From a phage, in the sequence record PV805631.1: DNA of 64,000 nucleotides. One strand, 5' to 3'. This document shows positions 28,416 through 39,771 of the stretch, piece by piece; within the stretch, counting starts at the first letter, position 1, and every line of letters starts with the position of its first letter. The position numbers were made by a program, and so were the translations under genes. A model generated the notes under the pieces. It ran no database searches and had not been told where the DNA came from. It saw nothing but the letters and a program-made list of their open reading frames with translations.

Positions 28416-31400
28416 TTAATTTACTAAGTTCACCCAAGGGTTCAGGTTGTGAGCACGAAGCCCCTGACCAAAGCCCCATGAGTAATCCAGACTACCCTTA
28501 GCAGCAATACTAAAGATGTTGTCCTGAATAGGTAAGCCAACGTTACCAAACATGGTAGGAGTTGGAGCCAGCATCGCCATTGCTGCATGTACTGGGTTAT
28601 TGCGAATCATGGACACTGCAACCTTAGCTGAACGAATCTTAAAGTTGTAGAACCACATTAAACCAACGCTTTCCATATACCCACGGAAACGGCCCGGCAG
28701 ACGGTCATAGTTAATGAACTCTTCGGTTACACGTCCCAGTGCTTCTTCACGAGTCTTACCTTTACGCTGGGTCAATTCATCATAGATGATTGCTTTAGCG
28801 ATAAAGTCAGAGTACTCAACCGTCTTCTGGATACCCTGGAACAGAGCAGTATCCTTAGTGATAAGTGCATAACGACCAGCAGCACGTACAGACTTAGGTA
28901 ACTTATCCGCCAGCTTTTCCATGTATTCGTGAAGTTTACCTTCAGTAATCAGGATGTCATCACGACCAATACCAGCATCTGCAATTGAAGAGAACTCACC
29001 AGCTTCTATCAGAGGCCAGATACTCATACGCTTATGGCTATCAGTAATGGACTGAATCTCAGCCTTAAGTTTACGAATCTGGTTCGGGTTAGTAGCTGCA
29101 CGTAATTCTGCTTCTGCATCTACCTGACGTAAACGAGATTTAAGGTATTGGTTAATCTCAGCAGTCTTCCGTGGAATGCTCTTAGCAATGTTCTTAACCG
29201 GTACACCACGAGCAACCATCTGGTAAAGGTTAGCCAAAAAGTTAACAACAGGTACGACTACTGACTTAACTACAATCAGAGTCTTAGCATCTTTAACTAA
29301 ATTTTGAACCAGGTTCTCACCACCCATTAAGTACTTATAGGCACGGTTACCGGCTAAACCCAGAATAGCTTTTTTAAAAGTATTAAGCGTTTCCGGGGAC
29401 CAACGAGAATTACCAGACCAAGCATCACCAATCGAAGCTGCACGATAGCCAAGTGCATCATTCAGCATGTCACGACGTACCCACAGTTCACCCTCACCAA
29501 ACAGTTTTTCTGCTTTCCGTCGAGTTTCACTGTTCATCAGCTTAAGAGCATCAGCAGTTACTGGGTCCAGTTTAGAACCAAAAAGGTTCACGTACTGGGA
29601 CTTATTAGCAGCAGACATCTTAATGTCTTCCTTGTACATGCTATACAGGTTCTCAATCAGCATATCATTGAAACGCTGAGCCTTAGCTTCTTCCACCTGA
29701 CGTCCACGCCATACACCAATTGCACGGGCAAGATGATTTTCACCTTCAATATGCTTCAGCATATTAGGGTTAATTGATTGCTCATAAGCAACCACATCAC
29801 CTTTAGCATTATATACAGGCAGCAGTGGTTCATTACCACGTTCACCACGAGCTAGTGCTTTAGCGATACGGTCTACAGAAGGCTTGTCAGTAATACGACC
29901 AGCTACCATGGAACCCATAGTAAAGCCTGTACCGAGGTCTACACCACCAGCAGTATTACGAACGTTCTGTAGAATACCTTGTGAGAACGGAGCCTGTGCC
30001 TGTACTGGGGCAAAGTAGTAGCTACGTGCCAGACCTCGGTTAGCAGAGCTACCTTGATAAGTACCCAGACGAACATAGGACTTCTCTATCAAATCACCAA
30101 ACTCGCTATCTTCAGCAACAACCAGACTAACACCCTGTTTAGTCTCACTAGGGATATACCCTTTGTACTGGTTCAGGGTTGCACGCATATCAGACTTGGC
30201 TTTAGCCATTTCATCTTTACGCTGCCCAACCAGGTAAGAAGTAGCAAAGTCCATTCCCTCAACTTCTGTCTGAGCCAGTGAAGATAACATCTCACGGTCG
30301 GACTTGTTCATTGCTTCCAGTGCATACAGGGTAATAAGTTTATCCAGTTGAGCTACATCTACAATAGAACGAGTAGTCTTACGTTCACCCAGCATACGAG
30401 AGATTGCAGTAGCATTACGCAGCAAGTTTTTACCGACTGTGCCATTAATCATGTACTGAGCCAGTTGCTTAGATTTACGGTTAATCAGAGGCCAGTTACG
30501 ACCAGCTTGTTTCTGCAAATCTGCTTCCAGCTTATTCACTTCACGGTCAACAATCTTCTGGTCTGAAAGCAGGTCACGAATTTCAGCCAGAGACATGGTG
30601 TCACGCAGGACAGCTAAGTCAGTTTTACCCATACCAGTGTACATTGCTTTCCACTCATCCTTAGTCAGCTTACGGCTGAACTTAGATGCGATAGTGGTAG
30701 GCAGGTGTTCACGGAACTGCTGACGGTCAGCCTGCACCTGTGCACGGACTGCTTTAATCAAATCGTATACAGAAGCATTGCTCTTAGTACGACCGGTTAA
30801 ATCATTAACCAGGTCATGGAAAGGTTGCCATACTTTACCCTGGTTCATTGCAACCATAACGCCTTCAGCTACGTTTGCACCATTCTTCTCTGTAGCAATA
30901 GCAGCCATTAGTTGTGCAGCATGAGCAGCACCTTTGACCAATGGGTTCTTGGTATTAGCTGCAACTTCACGAGCACTTTCTAAAACACGAGTAGACAGTA
31001 CATCAATAGAGTCCACCAAATACTGGTTAGCACGGTCAATAGCATTACCACTAGGAGTAGCAACGGAATCATAGAATGACTGTGCATTTAGGCTAGTCTG
31101 CATGATTGTTTGAGCCAGTGCATCCATACCTTCCTGTACGTTGGTAGCTTTGGTATCACCTGCTACACGAGCATTCAGACTAGCCATTGCAGCAGTACCA
31201 ATGTTAGTCAGCATTGCATCAACGGTATTCCCAGATTTCTTATCTGCTTTCATAACAGGAATGTTAGCCAGTACGTTACGTACCTCTTCACTTACCATTG
31301 CCAGACCAACAAAGGTAGGCAGTATTGAAGAACGACCCTGTGCATCAAACTCAATATTGTTAGCACCCATGATGGTATCGAACTTCTGCTGTGCATAGTA

Positions 31401-34400
31401 ACGGTCAGCAGGGTTAGTACTATCTGGGTCAGTCATGAATGATTCAACAGTCAGGTTCTTAGTAACGTGTGCATAGTATTCCTGTGCACGAGAAAGAGCA
31501 GCCGGACTAATAGCAGCTTCAGTAGCGAGTGCAGCAACAATGTTAGTAAAGAGACGCTGCTCCTGCATATTCATAGTGAAGCCATGAGCCTGAACATCAC
31601 GGGTTACTTTAGTTGCGTGCTTTTTCGCATCAGAGAACTTACCTTCACGGATTACTTGCTGTACTGGTTCTGAACCAATGTAGTTAGTAATCAGCTTATC
31701 AAATGTCTGTCCTAACTCTTCCAGACGGGTATTGTCACCATATGCTTTGTTATGGAACAAAGTAGTATCTTTGGCTACAGCAGCAGTAGGAGCCTGCCCA
31801 CGCATAACAACTGAAGAGTTAAACAGTAAGCCAGAGAACATATCATCAGCATTAGCAGGTGCTTCTTCACGACCAAATACCAGTCGCTTGATTGCTTCAT
31901 ATACAGACTGAATCATAACTTTCAGTGCTGTGGTCTTCTTCTGCTTACTAATTAGCTCCTGGTTAGTTAAACCCCATGCCATGTACTCATTTAATGCAGC
32001 AGCTTTAGCTATTGCTGGTTCAATATAGCCATTAGACAAGTAGCCGTTAATGGTATAGAGGGCATCGGCATATGCTTCACGTACTTCCGGAGATTCATCC
32101 TTAACATCCAGAGCAAGGAACTGGTTCATCAGGTCTTCGATATTCTGGACTGCTTCGTTAGGAGTACCCTCATAGTGAGCCAGTACAGATTCAAAAGTAG
32201 AAGCATGTACCAATTCATGAACCAGAGTCTCTAAGGAAGGGGTGACTAAGTAGATGGTCTTATCATCAAAGTTAGTCCAGCCGTATGTATTACCTGCTTC
32301 GGCAGCTTCAATATCTTCTGGTGCTGGACGGGTAATGTTCTTCTCAATAGCGTAAGCATCCAATTGAGCAGGAGTACCGTAAACAACCTTGTAGTCTTTA
32401 GCAGCAAGGGATTTCTGTATCTCTTTCAATACTGCTTGCTGTTCTGGAGACATCTCTTTAGCCAGCTTGGTAATAGCAGTATTAGACAATAGACGTACAC
32501 CAGACTTAAGTACACGACCAACTTGTTCCATTGCTGGCACTTCTTTAACAGGTGCTTCTTTAGTAGGTACTTCTTTCACTGGATCTGCTTTAGCAGCACG
32601 TACTGCATCACGACGCTTATTTAATTCAGCATCAAACAGTTCGTTCAGCTTAGCTACTTGCTGGTCTACAGTCAGTCCCTCAAGAGAAATTTTACCGTTG
32701 TTCACATAAGGAGCACCTACAGCAGCCATCTGGTCAACAGTGGTCTGTACCTGGTTCATTACTTTGTGGCGAATATCCACACTTAAAGCAATGTTACGCA
32801 GGTTACGCTCAATAAGGTTAACACCGGAATTCTTAATCATATCAATCTTATACTGCCTGTCTCCCTCAACGCGACTGATATGAGAAAGCTGTTCAAAATC
32901 TAAAGCGGAACGGGCAATGTCATCAATTGTCTTATCTGACAACTTATCAAAGTCTACATTCTTCAAGAACTCAGAGAAGGATTCATATACAGCCTTGATA
33001 GGATTCCCCTGCCAGGAAGTGTATACAGCCTCGTTTGCTTTACGACTTGCATCAGTGATGTCACTAATACCAATGTTCATACCATCAAAGATTTTCAGGG
33101 TATTCTTCGGAGCACCTTTCATAGTAGAAAGGGTCTGCATCATCATGCCATCACCAGTACCGATGGTCATAAATGGAATACCTGCAACACCTGCTTGTGA
33201 AGGAGCATAGATGCTCATTGGCACACGCATACGGTCATCTAAGTTGGTAGCCAGTACTTGGTTAGCAACGTCAGTACTCTCACTGCCAGCAAGGTAGAAA
33301 GTCTGTGAGCCAGTCTCAATCATTGGAGCCAGTGGTGATAATGATTCCTGGATTTCATTCAGTTCTTTCTGTGTTAAGAAATCACCCTTCTTCCAGGTTG
33401 GGTCTTTTTCTTTTTCTGCTAGCTTAGCCTGTACTGCTTGCTGGAACATATCCTGCAATACCAGGGACTGAATCTGAGTAGCCTTCTGCAAGTTCTCAGT
33501 AGAGTACATCAGACCTTCACCAACAGTATTACGGATACCAGTACGCATTGGTTCAACGAACAAATGGAGCATATTCTCTTGTAAGTTCTTCAGAGCATTA
33601 CCGGATACGGTAAATTTCTGAGGGTCTAACTTACCAGTCAGAGCACCATCTACTTCCTTAATAAATAACTTACCCTTACGCTTAGCTGGAATCTTACCGG
33701 TCAGTGCTTCCATAGAAGTAAGGAAAGTATCCAGCATAGCCTGAGCATCTGCCTCAGACGCAGCCTCCTTACCAAACATTGCCATAGCCGGGGAAATGCT
33801 AGGGTCAGCAGCACGTGCTTGCAGAACGTCGCTGAAGCGTTCGTAGATGGTGTCAGTAATTGCACTGACCATCTTGCCAGCAATACCACGAGCACCAGAA
33901 CCATAGATGGTAATGGTCAGAGGGTTCTTAGCGATACCACGTTTCAGGTCCAGAGTACCATCTTCATTCAGGTTAAAGTCTTTAATGAACAGGTCCATTA
34001 ACTTCTGGAGATGATTTATCTGGTTCATAACTGGAACGTTGTTACGGTAAGTAGTACGTAACTCATTCAGTGCTTGTTGTAGACCATTGGTAGATGCTTC
34101 ATACAAGTCAACATTATCGTCGATAGAACAATGTTCATTCATCGTTTTACCAGCACGACCGAAAAACAAACCACCTTTGGCAGTATTCTTAATCCAGTCT
34201 GGAGTGAACTTACCACCGGTCATTAATACCATTGCGTTGATTGGGCCGTTGGTTACACCATCAGCTTCAACGTACAGAGGGGTAGTAAAATTAACACGAT
34301 CATCACTGTTCAGGTAACGGGCATATTCCATCAGAGCCATGAGAGCCACGAAGGATTTGTTATCACCCAGAGAGGTTTTCAGAATATCTACTGCATCAGT

Positions 34401-37400
34401 AGGTAAGTAGCCAGACTTATCAAACTCGACCATCATATCAACAGCAGGTTTCAGATTACCTTCCAGAGCTTTGGTCAGATTTTCAGACATAGCTTCACGG
34501 GACATTTTATGTACCTTGATGCCTAATGCCTGAGCCAGACCTAACTGGAAGTCAGAGAACGCTTGGCTGTTTTCATTACTCAAGTCAATAGTAGAGAAGG
34601 TTGGCAGAATTGCTTCACGAACCAGCTTACTGGATTGTGGGTTATTCTTACCAAGCATCTGCATACGACCTACACGGGTCATGTTGTAACCGTAGTGAAT
34701 GGGGGTATCCAAACCATTCTCTTGTTCTTTTAGCTGATTAATTAAACCGAACAAGGAATCATATGCCATAGACACAGACAGGTTTTTACCCTCCAGTGAC
34801 TTAGCAGTGTTACCGTTCAACAGTTTAGGATTAAGAGTACCAGCACCCATCAGTTCCAGAATGCCGTCACGCCCCAATGCTTCATAGAAGTTAACCATCG
34901 GCATGTGTACACGGAACTCCGTAGCCTGTTCAGCTTTCAAAGCAGCTTTCTGTTCCGGGGTATTCCTAACAGCAGGGTTACGTAACTGAGTTTGAGCCAC
35001 GGAAGGAATGTCATCACCGAAGTACGTTTTCTCTTCCGGATTTACCAGCACAGCTTCCTCAATTGCTGTAGGGAAATTATTAATAGGGTCTTTATCTGCC
35101 AACTTATTAATAGTGTACAGACCAATAGTCTTATTAGAGTCCGGGTCAATCTCAGACACATCCAGCATAGTCTCAGTAACTGCACCCATCTCAATGAGGG
35201 AAGACAGAATCTCTGTAGCCATTGCCACTGGAATACCCTTGGTATAACCCAGTGGTGCATTAGGGTTACGGTTTAAACCCCAGTAGGATTCAATCTTTTG
35301 AGCCAGTGAGTTAGTAGCCTCAATCAGAGTCTGGGCATTATCAAACTCAGCCAGAATACTTTCTGGTAACAGAGATGCATCTACACCAGTAATAGCAGCC
35401 ACGTCTTTCATGTCTTTAATGGCAGCATTCTGTGTAGCAGTCAGTCGCCATTGCAAACCAGCAAGTACAGCAGTCTCTAACAACTGATCATTGAACTTAA
35501 AGGTATCCCCGTCTTTCTCTACGATGTTAAGTAACTTACCACCTACCCAACGGTTAGCCTCAGTACCTTCTGCAAAACGTTTACCAACATTCTTATTAGC
35601 AAGGAACTTAGCCAGTCGTTCAGACAAAGTAGTCTTCAAAGTTTCCCCAAAGTCCATCAAGTCTTGATAGCGTTCTAACACATCACCTGCGAGAACGTTA
35701 TTTTCTTTTTGAGTGAACGCTTCAAAGCGAGCAGCAGAAGACAGTGCTTTCTTGATATCAGCCAAAGGAGATTCTGAACCAATGGTACGAGTCTTAGGTT
35801 CTTCCGGTAAGGTAAATGCTTTCAGAAACTGGTTCGGTGTCTTTTCATTGTTATAGACAGGGAACACTGCTTCCATTCCAGAAAGAGGTTTGCCACCCAC
35901 TGTATAATCTGCTTTCAGCTGAGCCAGTGATACTTCATCTTCCTCTACGTTGTTAGTGTTAAGACCAGAGGTATCTACACCAACCAGAATATGTGCATTA
36001 TTGGCTTCAACGAAAGATTGAACAGTATTGAATTGTTCAGCAGTCAGTTTCTGATCATCGAACAGCTGTAAGGACACAAACGGTTGTTCGCTGCCTTTAT
36101 AGAACATAGAGCGAATAGCACCTGTATCCAGAGACATATCACGATAACCATCATGACCAAATACATCGGACAGGCTGATATGGTCGCCATTAGAGCCAAC
36201 CACAGTACCATCAGCAAACAGCCATGGACTCTCTCTACGATCACCATACTTATTAAGAGTTTCCTGTGAAATAGTATTTTCTTTCACATAAGCATCTCTT
36301 TCAGATTCGGTAGGTTGCTCGATGGTATCCTCATTAGTAAGGGTAGCATCATCTACAACCGGGCTAGCCTTTTCAGACTTAGGTACTTTCTCTTCCTGTA
36401 CAGGTGTAACTTCTGGCTGGGAGAATGTATTACGTACATAGTTCATAAAATCATTACGTGCTTGGGAAGGGGAAGACCATACTTCCCGTGTGCTACGTAA
36501 ACTAAAGATTCGACCTTCAGGAGTCATTACGTAAGGTACATTTGTTTTACCGTACTTAAATGAAGTGAGTACATCTGACTTACCAGTAACAGTGCTTTCC
36601 CCTGGAATGACAATAGTCTTACCACCAGTAGAAGGAACAGCACGAACACCCTCAATATCCTTACCAAGAGAAATATACTCTTTACCGTTGTAATCAAAGT
36701 ACTGACCTATCTGCATATAGGTAGCTTGTTGCTTACCAGTAAACTCAGCAGTTTTCATCTCCGGGCCGTTAGGTACAGACGTACTTTCAGACTTAGGCTT
36801 AGATACTTTCTCTGGTTCTGACTTAGACTCTACAGTGTTAGGGGCAGTCTCTTTTGCTTCGACTGGTGCAGTTTTTGACTGTACAGTAATGGCTGGTTCC
36901 TGTGTTTTTACAGGTGTTTCATCAACCTGATTCACTGGTTCATTAGTCTGTTGGGACTGAGTGGCATTAAGACCACCTTGACGGAACTCTTTAACTACCT
37001 GGGCAGCTGGCTTGTTCAGACGTGAATCCAACGAGGTAACTTTCACATGAGAAACATTAAGCTCCGGGTAAGCCGTAGCAAGTGCATTAGCAATATCAGC
37101 TACGGTTTTGGCCTCCAGTGCTACTTGCTGGGCAAACTTAACAGACTTGGTATCATAAGGATTAACACCGAGGCCAGTACGACTACGTACCCATTCACGG
37201 GTAGGCGTGAGAGCCTGATAATGAACAGACTTATTCTTATCCGCATTCCCCGAAATCAGATGCTCATTCAACGCTCCGACCTTATTCTGCATGTGCTGGG
37301 CGAACTTCATAAAATCGCTCAGATAAGCGGAAGCCAAATCGAAGTTACCAGAGTTATACGCAGAACGAATGCGTTTCGCATGTTGCAACGCAGAGTACTG

Positions 37401-39695
37401 TCCTTCATTAGAACGAGACTCGTCGGTTTTAATCTGTTTACTAACAATGTCTTGAGGACGTAAGCCCAGTTCTTCTGCTTTAGCATCATACTCACGTGCA
37501 CCCTGTAACAGAGCAGCAGCTGATTGCAGGGCAGCACGTTGACGATTATTCAGTGTAATCTTACCTTCACTTGCGTGCTTCAGAACCATGTTCACTGAAT
37601 CTGCATCCAGTACTTCTGGAGACACATCAGCAGCCATAGCAATGTTGTTTGCTTGGGCTTGATTAGCTTCTTCAGTAGCTTTCAGTTTACCTGCTTCAGC
37701 TTGTTCCTGAATCATGGAATGGATGGCACGGAATGCACGAAGTACTTTAGGGGTATTCTGTATGTTAGCCATCAGGCCGGAGAACTGGTCTACGATTGCA
37801 GCAGCAGGAGAACCTTGTTCCAGATTAGCCAGAGCACCTGGGTCACGGTTAATGAAGCTATCCATAGACATGATGTTGTCATACATCTGGATTGCAGCTT
37901 CCATTTGAACGTCAGGGTCTTCAGCAGTATTAACCAAGTCAGCCATCTTCTGAATAGCTTCCACACGGTTAGTGGAACCAGAAACAGCTTCACGGATTAC
38001 TGGGTTGGCTTGTTCCAATTCTACTGGGTCAAACTTCATTGCCTGAGTCAAGTCAGCAGCATACTGGGTAGCAGCAGCTTTCTCTTCTGGAGTGATATCC
38101 ATTGCATCTACTGCTTCCTGTACGGTTGCCTGTGCTTGTTCTGCCTGAGCAACAGCTTCCTGTGCAGCAGCATTAACCGTAGCATCGGCTACAGGGGATG
38201 CTTGTTCATTACGCTTAGCAACTTCTTCCCCACGTTGAACCAGGATGTTAGTAAGAGGAGATGCAGCTTTTGCTAATGTTTTACCAACCAGAGAAGCACC
38301 AGCCAGAGTGGTACGAAGAGCAGGTCCAGCAGCAGCACCGGCAGCTTTAACAGTTGCACCAGGAGCCTGAGCAACACCAGCACTACCGAAGCCATAGAGT
38401 GCACCAAGACCCGCTTGCTCACCGACACCTTTGAGGGTATCTCGGGATGCATCAACATTTTCCTTGATTGCACGGTTCTGTGCGAACTGACCAAAGCCTG
38501 ATTGAGTACCCTCTTCAAAAGTCTGAGCACCAAGGTTAGTAAGAGCTGCCCCAGCAGAACCAACCCTCATGGGGTTAAGTTCAAACTTAGATACTAACGG
38601 ACCCATAGCAGCAGCAACTGGGGCAGTTAAGGCAGCAGCAATGATACCCGTTTCAGATGCAGTCTGACGACGTGCTTCATCAGGAGATAAACCATCAGCA
38701 ATATGTTGTTGGTAAACAGGAGACTTACTTGCCAGTTCTGGATGGGACATCTTCATGATTTCAGAAGCAGTCTGTTGGTATGCACCCCCGGCTTCCATGC
38801 CACCGATTGCAATAGCAGGTGCAGCAACACGACCAGTAGACAATGCAACCTGTGCAGGACGTGAACCCAACCCAGCAGCTAAGGTAATACCCTTAACAGC
38901 TTTATCACCACCTACCATTACTTTACCGAGTGCAGATACACCACGAATAAGTGGACCACCAGTAAAGAGGGAACCGACACCCTCACTCAGTCCATCTGAG
39001 GCAGCCATACCATTATCAAGTGTGTTAGCAACAGAGTCGAAAGCATCACGACCAATACGAGACAGGGAGGCAACCAAATCACTCTCCCCGTTTTTGATGT
39101 CCTGTTCATAGAGTTTCTGGTTCTTTTGAGCAGAAATCTGGTTCTGATTCTGAACAACTTTACGGGTAGCATTCAGTGCATCAGACTGTAGATTGTGTAC
39201 GCCTTCATTCAGCCAATCCATCCCGGAAGCAATGGTTGCCCCGGCATTATCATTGACCAGACCTGCGCCAAGAGCAGCAATGCCCCCAAGGGTATTAGCA
39301 ACACCAAGACCAACACCAGAAAGAGTATCGCCAAATGCTTCTGCGTTAGTACGCTGTTTAGATAAGTCCTGACGTACAGCATCCGCAGCATTAGCTCGGC
39401 TATTAAGAATCTGTAAACCTTGCTCATTACCGTACTTATTAATGATTTCTAATGGGGAGGCTTGAGTGAAGTCTGCCTGAAGTGAACCTGGTTCGAATGC
39501 ACCGATTCCAAGATTACCTACTCGTCCAGTCTGGAGAGTGTAAGCATTCTCTGGGGTTAATTGGAAAGGGCTTTGCCCTTGTGCAGCTTGCTTCTGAGAG
39601 GTTGCAGTAGAGACATCGACTTGCTTAGCATTAGTGATGCTGTCTGCGAAACCTGCCAGACGGTCAAATGTTGACATAGCATGTTTCCTGTTCAA
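28416..39695 (-). CDS. Giant virion-encapsidated RNA polymerase (N4 vRNAP-like)
   Basis: Single 3759-aa ORF; single-subunit RNAP motifs in order: T/DxxGR 'MTRVGRMQ', motif B-like 'KRGIAKNPLTITIYGSG', Asp-containing 'KIFDGMNIGISD'; last gene of the late block. Confidence 0.85.
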   Translation of the reverse strand: MNRKHAMSTFDRLAGFADSITNAKQVDVSTATSQKQAAQGQSPFQLTPENAYTLQTGRVGNLGIGAFEPGSLQADFTQASPLEIINKYGNEQGLQILNSRANAADAVRQDLSKQRTNAEAFGDTLSGVGLGVANTLGGIAALGAGLVNDNAGATIASGMDWLNEGVHNLQSDALNATRKVVQNQNQISAQKNQKLYEQDIKNGESDLVASLSRIGRDAFDSVANTLDNGMAASDGLSEGVGSLFTGGPLIRGVSALGKVMVGGDKAVKGITLAAGLGSRPAQVALSTGRVAAPAIAIGGMEAGGAYQQTASEIMKMSHPELASKSPVYQQHIADGLSPDEARRQTASETGIIAAALTAPVAAAMGPLVSKFELNPMRVGSAGAALTNLGAQTFEEGTQSGFGQFAQNRAIKENVDASRDTLKGVGEQAGLGALYGFGSAGVAQAPGATVKAAGAAAGPALRTTLAGASLVGKTLAKAASPLTNILVQRGEEVAKRNEQASPVADATVNAAAQEAVAQAEQAQATVQEAVDAMDITPEEKAAATQYAADLTQAMKFDPVELEQANPVIREAVSGSTNRVEAIQKMADLVNTAEDPDVQMEAAIQMYDNIMSMDSFINRDPGALANLEQGSPAAAIVDQFSGLMANIQNTPKVLRAFRAIHSMIQEQAEAGKLKATEEANQAQANNIAMAADVSPEVLDADSVNMVLKHASEGKITLNNRQRAALQSAAALLQGAREYDAKAEELGLRPQDIVSKQIKTDESRSNEGQYSALQHAKRIRSAYNSGNFDLASAYLSDFMKFAQHMQNKVGALNEHLISGNADKNKSVHYQALTPTREWVRSRTGLGVNPYDTKSVKFAQQVALEAKTVADIANALATAYPELNVSHVKVTSLDSRLNKPAAQVVKEFRQGGLNATQSQQTNEPVNQVDETPVKTQEPAITVQSKTAPVEAKETAPNTVESKSEPEKVSKPKSESTSVPNGPEMKTAEFTGKQQATYMQIGQYFDYNGKEYISLGKDIEGVRAVPSTGGKTIVIPGESTVTGKSDVLTSFKYGKTNVPYVMTPEGRIFSLRSTREVWSSPSQARNDFMNYVRNTFSQPEVTPVQEEKVPKSEKASPVVDDATLTNEDTIEQPTESERDAYVKENTISQETLNKYGDRRESPWLFADGTVVGSNGDHISLSDVFGHDGYRDMSLDTGAIRSMFYKGSEQPFVSLQLFDDQKLTAEQFNTVQSFVEANNAHILVGVDTSGLNTNNVEEDEVSLAQLKADYTVGGKPLSGMEAVFPVYNNEKTPNQFLKAFTLPEEPKTRTIGSESPLADIKKALSSAARFEAFTQKENNVLAGDVLERYQDLMDFGETLKTTLSERLAKFLANKNVGKRFAEGTEANRWVGGKLLNIVEKDGDTFKFNDQLLETAVLAGLQWRLTATQNAAIKDMKDVAAITGVDASLLPESILAEFDNAQTLIEATNSLAQKIESYWGLNRNPNAPLGYTKGIPVAMATEILSSLIEMGAVTETMLDVSEIDPDSNKTIGLYTINKLADKDPINNFPTAIEEAVLVNPEEKTYFGDDIPSVAQTQLRNPAVRNTPEQKAALKAEQATEFRVHMPMVNFYEALGRDGILELMGAGTLNPKLLNGNTAKSLEGKNLSVSMAYDSLFGLINQLKEQENGLDTPIHYGYNMTRVGRMQMLGKNNPQSSKLVREAILPTFSTIDLSNENSQAFSDFQLGLAQALGIKVHKMSREAMSENLTKALEGNLKPAVDMMVEFDKSGYLPTDAVDILKTSLGDNKSFVALMALMEYARYLNSDDRVNFTTPLYVEADGVTNGPINAMVLMTGGKFTPDWIKNTAKGGLFFGRAGKTMNEHCSIDDNVDLYEASTNGLQQALNELRTTYRNNVPVMNQINHLQKLMDLFIKDFNLNEDGTLDLKRGIAKNPLTITIYGSGARGIAGKMVSAITDTIYERFSDVLQARAADPSISPAMAMFGKEAASEADAQAMLDTFLTSMEALTGKIPAKRKGKLFIKEVDGALTGKLDPQKFTVSGNALKNLQENMLHLFVEPMRTGIRNTVGEGLMYSTENLQKATQIQSLVLQDMFQQAVQAKLAEKEKDPTWKKGDFLTQKELNEIQESLSPLAPMIETGSQTFYLAGSESTDVANQVLATNLDDRMRVPMSIYAPSQAGVAGIPFMTIGTGDGMMMQTLSTMKGAPKNTLKIFDGMNIGISDITDASRKANEAVYTSWQGNPIKAVYESFSEFLKNVDFDKLSDKTIDDIARSALDFEQLSHISRVEGDRQYKIDMIKNSGVNLIERNLRNIALSVDIRHKVMNQVQTTVDQMAAVGAPYVNNGKISLEGLTVDQQVAKLNELFDAELNKRRDAVRAAKADPVKEVPTKEAPVKEVPAMEQVGRVLKSGVRLLSNTAITKLAKEMSPEQQAVLKEIQKSLAAKDYKVVYGTPAQLDAYAIEKNITRPAPEDIEAAEAGNTYGWTNFDDKTIYLVTPSLETLVHELVHASTFESVLAHYEGTPNEAVQNIEDLMNQFLALDVKDESPEVREAYADALYTINGYLSNGYIEPAIAKAAALNEYMAWGLTNQELISKQKKTTALKVMIQSVYEAIKRLVFGREEAPANADDMFSGLLFNSSVVMRGQAPTAAVAKDTTLFHNKAYGDNTRLEELGQTFDKLITNYIGSEPVQQVIREGKFSDAKKHATKVTRDVQAHGFTMNMQEQRLFTNIVAALATEAAISPAALSRAQEYYAHVTKNLTVESFMTDPDSTNPADRYYAQQKFDTIMGANNIEFDAQGRSSILPTFVGLAMVSEEVRNVLANIPVMKADKKSGNTVDAMLTNIGTAAMASLNARVAGDTKATNVQEGMDALAQTIMQTSLNAQSFYDSVATPSGNAIDRANQYLVDSIDVLSTRVLESAREVAANTKNPLVKGAAHAAQLMAAIATEKNGANVAEGVMVAMNQGKVWQPFHDLVNDLTGRTKSNASVYDLIKAVRAQVQADRQQFREHLPTTIASKFSRKLTKDEWKAMYTGMGKTDLAVLRDTMSLAEIRDLLSDQKIVDREVNKLEADLQKQAGRNWPLINRKSKQLAQYMINGTVGKNLLRNATAISRMLGERKTTRSIVDVAQLDKLITLYALEAMNKSDREMLSSLAQTEVEGMDFATSYLVGQRKDEMAKAKSDMRATLNQYKGYIPSETKQGVSLVVAEDSEFGDLIEKSYVRLGTYQGSSANRGLARSYYFAPVQAQAPFSQGILQNVRNTAGGVDLGTGFTMGSMVAGRITDKPSVDRIAKALARGERGNEPLLPVYNAKGDVVAYEQSINPNMLKHIEGENHLARAIGVWRGRQVEEAKAQRFNDMLIENLYSMYKEDIKMSAANKSQYVNLFGSKLDPVTADALKLMNSETRRKAEKLFGEGELWVRRDMLNDALGYRAASIGDAWSGNSRWSPETLNTFKKAILGLAGNRAYKYLMGGENLVQNLVKDAKTLIVVKSVVVPVVNFLANLYQMVARGVPVKNIAKSIPRKTAEINQYLKSRLRQVDAEAELRAATNPNQIRKLKAEIQSITDSHKRMSIWPLIEAGEFSSIADAGIGRDDILITEGKLHEYMEKLADKLPKSVRAAGRYALITKDTALFQGIQKTVEYSDFIAKAIIYDELTQRKGKTREEALGRVTEEFINYDRLPGRFRGYMESVGLMWFYNFKIRSAKVAVSMIRNNPVHAAMAMLAPTPTMFGNVGLPIQDNIFSIAAKGSLDYSWGFGQGLRAHNLNPWVNLVN

Positions 39696-39771
39696 ACTTA
39701 TATCGTATATAGGTAACTTACTCTACAGTAAGCCAGTTAAAGAAAAAAGCCCCGTAGGGCTTTTATTAGTA

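Noticed and set aside
29467-39111. Numerous plus-strand ORFs of 60-207 aa inside the vRNAP gene (for example 37653-38276, 37047-37463, 38755-39111)
   Set aside because: All are antisense to one continuous 3759-aa coding frame with clear RNAP motifs; low-complexity products typical of shadow ORFs.
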